Below are positions 59,706-64,000 of a DNA stretch of 64,000 bases, piece by piece; the first letter of the stretch is position 1, and each line of letters starts with the position of its first letter. The stretch covers positions 37,288 to 101,287 of the forward strand of contig CAYUTF010000002.1 in the NCBI GenBank assembly GCA_964447495.1. The letters are read 5' to 3'. The notes beneath the pieces were generated by a model. The model saw only the letters and a list, made by a program, of their open reading frames with translations. It made no database searches and was not told the origin of the DNA. Both the position numbers and the translations under genes were made by a program. Origin of the DNA: an uncultured archaeon (GTDB taxonomy: Archaea; Asgardarchaeota; Lokiarchaeia; Sigyniarchaeales; SOKP01).

Positions 59706-62700
59706 TTATTCAAAATAAAGTGTTTTTCCGCAATTTGGGCAGAAATTTTTAGGACTTCCTATATTATATCCACAATATGGGCAATAAAAGCCAATTCTGT
59801 ATCCTTGAGATCCAGAAGGCTGTGTTTCATATGTTGTGTCTTGTTCCGGAGTCGTGTAATAATCTTGCGGATAGTATTCTGATGATTCTGCTGATCTCTT
59901 AGATCTTCTCGACTTTACTACTAATGTGATGATTACAATTGCTCCTATACCAATAATTAAACCCACAATTATTAATATTAGTACTAAATCTAATTGAAGT
60001 GAAGCTCGTATTGATAAAAGTATTAGGAAGTCTTCAGATCCACCTTCACTATCAATAAGAGTTATTAATAGTATCGCCAAGTACCCCTCATCTGTGGAAG
60101 TATCATAATTCGTTGCAGTAGAAATATATTTTATTCCCGAAATTGAATTATAAGCAATGGTATATGGTATAACAAATGTTCCTTGATGTGAGTTTGTTCC
60201 AGATTGATAACTGAGCTCTTTAAGAGGTAAAGACCTTGGATATATTATGTTTATATACCCATCAACAGTAGTGGAGACTATAAATAAATTTACTGAAATT
60301 CTCATATTTGCACTATTGATATCTTCATAAGAAACTGAATCAGCTGCAGCAACACTGAAATCTAAAGAAGAGCCTTGAGAAACAGGAATTAAATAAGAAC
60401 TTTCTCCTTCATAGGTTTCATCGAAAGCAAACGTTGTTTGACCATCTATGGTAATAAAAGAACTCGATTCTATAAATGTAGGAGGATTATTCCTCACTTC
60501 AAATGGAAAACGAGGAGAGTAAGGATTGGTATAATTTGTAGCTGTGTTTTTAGAAATAATATAAAATATCGCAACTCCAGAAGGATCCGACAAAGAAGGA
60601 TCAAAATCATATCTATATGCACTAAAAGGCATATTATAGGTCATAGAAAAGGTTTTATTCACCGTTTTTTTGGTATTGTAAAATGAATATGAATAAATTG
60701 AGAGATAAGCATTCACATCATATAAAGTATTATCTAAATCAGCGAGAAGCCACGTAGAGTCTCCTAGTTCTCGATATACTGGACTGGATGAAACATCTAA
60801 CGAATTAATCGATGGCATAGAAGCAGGATTGTAGTATAAAATTTTGGAATTCTTTTGATATATAGTTGAACCTAGAGTGAAGTTTAGAGAAATTGTATAA
60901 GGAGAATAATTTGTACTTGGTAGAGAAAAAGTGGTATTGTAGGCGATTCCATCTTCGATTGATGTTGTTGTAATTGTTTCAAAGTATCCAGTATTACTGA
61001 TAATAATACTTAAATTAGTATTTAATATACTCGAATCAATAGGCTTTCCTAGTTCTTTATCTTTGATATATATGCTCAAATTGATTTGGGCATTAGCAGT
61101 TCTTTCTGAATCGAGACCTATTTGAATAGAGATGTCGTCAGCGGAGAAAAAATAGTCCATTAAATTTTGAGCTAATTTTGCATGATCTAATTGATAATTA
61201 GTTGACGTATAAAATTCACTTGCCCAATATAAATCTCCGAAAGCAACTAATTTTCCTCCAAGATTAGTTTCGTTATACGTAGCAACTACTGTATTACCAT
61301 CGAGTGAAGCGATAGATTCAGATTTTACTCCTACATCAAACGTGTTTCCATAATTCCATTGAAATTTATCAACACCATTAAAAATTGGAGAAACACTAAG
61401 ATCAGTGACACTCTGAGAATTTATGCTAGCACCTATACCCAACCAATTCTCATTATATACATTTTCTTCATTTATTGTGATATCAGAGCCCAAAATCGAA
61501 AAGAGTGTATTTATATTATCGATACACAAATCTTGATATCTTGTACCTAAAAATAAGATATTTCCGCCATTTTCAAAATAGCTATTGAGATTTTTCATCT
61601 CCTCCAATGTATATGGCAAGATCGGATTCTGTAATACAATAAGATCATACTGGGCTAAACGTTCTTCGGTTAAGAGCGAATTATCGTAATCAACATTGTA
61701 ATATGGAGTCCAATATTGTGCGCTATAATCTACAGAGATATTTAACTCAGTCAAATCCTTCATGAAAGCATAAAAATCCATTTGATAAAATGAAATTTCG
61801 GGAAACCAATCATTTAACCCATGATAGGATTCCATTAGAACCTTATATTCAGGAAATTTGATATCGATGGTTATTATTATTGAATCGTATACGTTCGCTC
61901 CAATTGTGAGATTCATTTCAAAACTTCTTATACCGGGGTTCGCTCCCTGCTCAATTTCTATATCTAAGATTAAAAATTTAACATTTTCTTCACTAAAGGT
62001 AAGGGTAGTATGATCTAAATCTAATTTTAAACCGTTAATTTTGTTTGGAATGTTCACATCGTAAGAATTTGCTTTTCCAGAAATCACAGTAATATTAAAC
62101 GATTGGGCATCACCTGGAAAATTCAATAAATCAAATGGTTTAAGTGGAATTATATCTGGAAAGAATTTAGCAGTATCATTTACATCCAATGAAATACTAT
62201 CTAGATATTCTAAAGATGCTGACACATTTATTAAACCCGCCCCAAATTTAAGAGTATCATCACTATCATAGTTTGATAATGGTTTCGCTCCTTCTAATAA
62301 CGCAATCCTAGCCGTTTCAGGTGTAATTGAAGGGTATGCTTCTTTTAAAATGGCTAAGGCTCCAGCAACGATAGGACAGGCCATACTAGTTCCACTTAAA
62401 GGAATATAATCACCATCGTCAGGAAAATCAAAATAATCTCCAATATATCGTTTTTCATCTGAAATTACTGAACCTGGTGCCTCAGTAGAGATTACATTAA
62501 CACCAGGTGCAACTACATCAGGATAACCTAAATAAGTTAAAGTCGGACCCCAACTCGTAAAAGAAGCTAGGTAATTATTTTTATCTGTCGCTCCAACAGC
62601 AATTACATCATTACCCGAGGCAGGTGATCCCCCTGTAAGATAATCTGGTCCGGAGTTCCCTGCAGAAGATACTAATATGACGCCATAATCATTAGCTACT

Positions 62701-63695
62701 TTTGAGATAGTAAGGGTCATTGCATCATTGAAATCTGGCAACCCTCCACCAAAACTCATAGAAATGATATCTGCTCCTGGTCCTCCGCTTAACTCCGGCT
62801 TTACAGCCCATTGAATAGCAGCAATAATATCTCCATCACTTAAACCTGTAAAATTTCCTGCTCTAGCATTAATTAACGAAACACCTGGCGCGACACCTCT
62901 ATATTTCCCACTTGAAGAAATACCCGTGCTACCAATCAGACCAGCAGCATGGGTTCCATGACCATAATCATCATTTGAATTAAATAGGTCTCCTGTCACA
63001 AAACTTTCATTGGCAACGATATTTAAATCAGGATGTTCATATATACCCGTATCTACTACAGCTACTCTTACACCCGTGCCATCGTAAGTTAAATCATCAG
63101 CACCTATTGCAGGGATCCACCAATTTGGATAATCATTAGCATTTAAGCTACTAGAATTCGGAATTCCATCAGAATAATCTGGATTTTTATAAAATTGGGA
63201 TTTACATATTTTAGAAATTTCTGTTACTCCATTAAGAATCTCTTGTTTTGAAATTAATTCTGCAGATTTACATATTAAATATACTCCAGAGATGATATTA
63301 TAATTGCTAATAATCTCATAAAACTCGAATATATTATCAATAATATTGATTCGATCTTCCTTAGCTATTCCCTCTTTAAAAAGTATGATTACTTTTACCC
63401 TATCTGATGCTGATTCGTATCCTAAAGAATAATTTAAGAGAAATTCTGTGAGGGATTCATCAAAGATGGTCACTTCTTTGTTATTATTATAATTAGAATC
63501 AATATTAATTTCATCTTGGTCTGTTGAGATTAACTTGGTTAAATAATCATAATCTAGGTTAACATTCGTAGCAACATTCTTGTCAACGTTTAAATTGTAG
63601 CTATAGGCTATCAATGGGATGCTTAGTAAATTGATTAGGATGAATGTTAAGATTAAGGCTTTTTTGTATATTTCGAAATATTTCATAGCTATCAA
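59706..63695 (-). CDS. Membrane-anchored S8 subtilase with GATase-like domain, C-terminal TM and cytoplasmic zinc ribbon
   Basis: Signal peptide; triad DTG/HGT/GTSM; TM segment LVLILIIVGLIIGIGAIVIITLVV; tail CPYCG..CPNCG. Confidence 0.88.
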   Translation of the reverse strand: MIAMKYFEIYKKALILTFILINLLSIPLIAYSYNLNVDKNVATNVNLDYDYLTKLISTDQDEINIDSNYNNNKEVTIFDESLTEFLLNYSLGYESASDRVKVIILFKEGIAKEDRINIIDNIFEFYEIISNYNIISGVYLICKSAELISKQEILNGVTEISKICKSQFYKNPDYSDGIPNSSSLNANDYPNWWIPAIGADDLTYDGTGVRVAVVDTGIYEHPDLNIVANESFVTGDLFNSNDDYGHGTHAAGLIGSTGISSSGKYRGVAPGVSLINARAGNFTGLSDGDIIAAIQWAVKPELSGGPGADIISMSFGGGLPDFNDAMTLTISKVANDYGVILVSSAGNSGPDYLTGGSPASGNDVIAVGATDKNNYLASFTSWGPTLTYLGYPDVVAPGVNVISTEAPGSVISDEKRYIGDYFDFPDDGDYIPLSGTSMACPIVAGALAILKEAYPSITPETARIALLEGAKPLSNYDSDDTLKFGAGLINVSASLEYLDSISLDVNDTAKFFPDIIPLKPFDLLNFPGDAQSFNITVISGKANSYDVNIPNKINGLKLDLDHTTLTFSEENVKFLILDIEIEQGANPGIRSFEMNLTIGANVYDSIIITIDIKFPEYKVLMESYHGLNDWFPEISFYQMDFYAFMKDLTELNISVDYSAQYWTPYYNVDYDNSLLTEERLAQYDLIVLQNPILPYTLEEMKNLNSYFENGGNILFLGTRYQDLCIDNINTLFSILGSDITINEENVYNENWLGIGASINSQSVTDLSVSPIFNGVDKFQWNYGNTFDVGVKSESIASLDGNTVVATYNETNLGGKLVAFGDLYWASEFYTSTNYQLDHAKLAQNLMDYFFSADDISIQIGLDSERTANAQINLSIYIKDKELGKPIDSSILNTNLSIIISNTGYFETITTTSIEDGIAYNTTFSLPSTNYSPYTISLNFTLGSTIYQKNSKILYYNPASMPSINSLDVSSSPVYRELGDSTWLLADLDNTLYDVNAYLSIYSYSFYNTKKTVNKTFSMTYNMPFSAYRYDFDPSLSDPSGVAIFYIISKNTATNYTNPYSPRFPFEVRNNPPTFIESSSFITIDGQTTFAFDETYEGESSYLIPVSQGSSLDFSVAAADSVSYEDINSANMRISVNLFIVSTTVDGYINIIYPRSLPLKELSYQSGTNSHQGTFVIPYTIAYNSISGIKYISTATNYDTSTDEGYLAILLITLIDSEGGSEDFLILLSIRASLQLDLVLILIIVGLIIGIGAIVIITLVVKSRRSKRSAESSEYYPQDYYTTPEQDTTYETQPSGSQGYRIGFYCPYCGYNIGSPKNFCPNCGKTLYFE

Positions 63696-63831
63696 ATACC
63701 AATAGAGCTATTTATTTTTAATTTTAATAATTCAAAAACCATAATTTTTTTTAAAAACTGATTATTATTAAATTTACAGCTAACTTTCTTTATGTGTTTT
63801 GAAATGTTGATATATAGCTGTTATTAACATT

Positions 63832-63931
63832 GGGGCTGTGGATTAGTGGAAGATCGTTCGCTTGGCATGCGAAAGTTAAGGCACTTTTACCTAACCGTAA
63901 GAGGCCGGGGGTTCAATTCCCCCCAGCTCCA
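63832..63931 (+). tRNA. tRNA-Ala(GGC) with a 28-nt intron at position 43/44; CCA not encoded
   Basis: Acceptor GGGGCUG/CAGCUCC with G3:U70, anticodon arm UUCGC-UUGGCAU-GCGAA, T arm GGGGG-UUCAAUU-CCCCC. The mature form is 72 nt after intron removal. Confidence 0.93.
63874..63901 (+). other. tRNA intron with BHB motif at non-canonical site 43/44
   Basis: AGUUAAGGCACUUUUACCUAACCGUAAG. Helix UGCG/CGUA, bulges AA^A and AG^A, stem GUUA(A)GG/CCUAAC. Confidence 0.88.
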
Positions 63932-63965
63932 CTCTATCTTATTGTTAAATGATGAGTGAGAAGAA

Positions 63966-64000
63966 ATGGATAAAAAAAAATTGGATCATTTAGTGGAAGT
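63966..64000 (+). CDS. Possible start of a CDS running off the window
   Basis: ATG GAT AAA.. (MDKKKLDHLVE), open to the window end. Confidence 0.3.
   Translation, partial: MDKKKLDHLVE

Noticed and set aside
1-64000. CRISPR arrays, IS elements, integrases, rRNA
   Set aside because: No regularly spaced repeats, transposase or recombinase motifs, terminal inverted repeats or rRNA-like sequence were seen.

Overview
AT-rich archaeal chromosome segment. The gene content (three JAB/MPN proteins, roadblock proteins, zinc-ribbon and coiled-coil proteins, a PAC2 proteasome chaperone, a tRNA without encoded CCA) points to an Asgard archaeon, probably Lokiarchaeia-like; this is inferred, not searched. 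About 60 CDS are present, mostly housekeeping or metabolic: Fe-S assembly, CopA, MobA, GatC, dUTPase, PurE, RpiA, thiolase, a PAS histidine kinase and an S8 protease. There is one probable pseudogene (SLC13/ArsB permease) and a tRNA-Ala(GGC) with a 28-nt intron at non-canonical position 43/44. The main result is that two AAA+ ATPase genes that the ORF track shows as fragments each contain short stop-containing inserts: 32 nt at 7360-7391, and 30 nt each at 45402-45431 and 45696-45725. Each insert folds into a hairpin closed by a bulge-helix-bulge (BHB)-type motif. Cutting at the canonical BHB positions restores one uninterrupted ORF and the conserved AAA motifs (MNPEEGELRPQ, GHPQLTEE, GTFELSQPFLDRF). 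These look like tRNA-endonuclease-type introns in protein-coding mRNAs, and one shares sequence with the tRNA intron in the same window. Secondary points are an active/inactive MPN gene pair, a site-1-protease-like subtilase, an HgcAB-like fusion with CpaM, a Sem1/DSS1-like acidic mini-protein, and a CopA with extra metal-binding modules. All product calls come from motif reading and recalled family knowledge; no database searches or folding programs were run.
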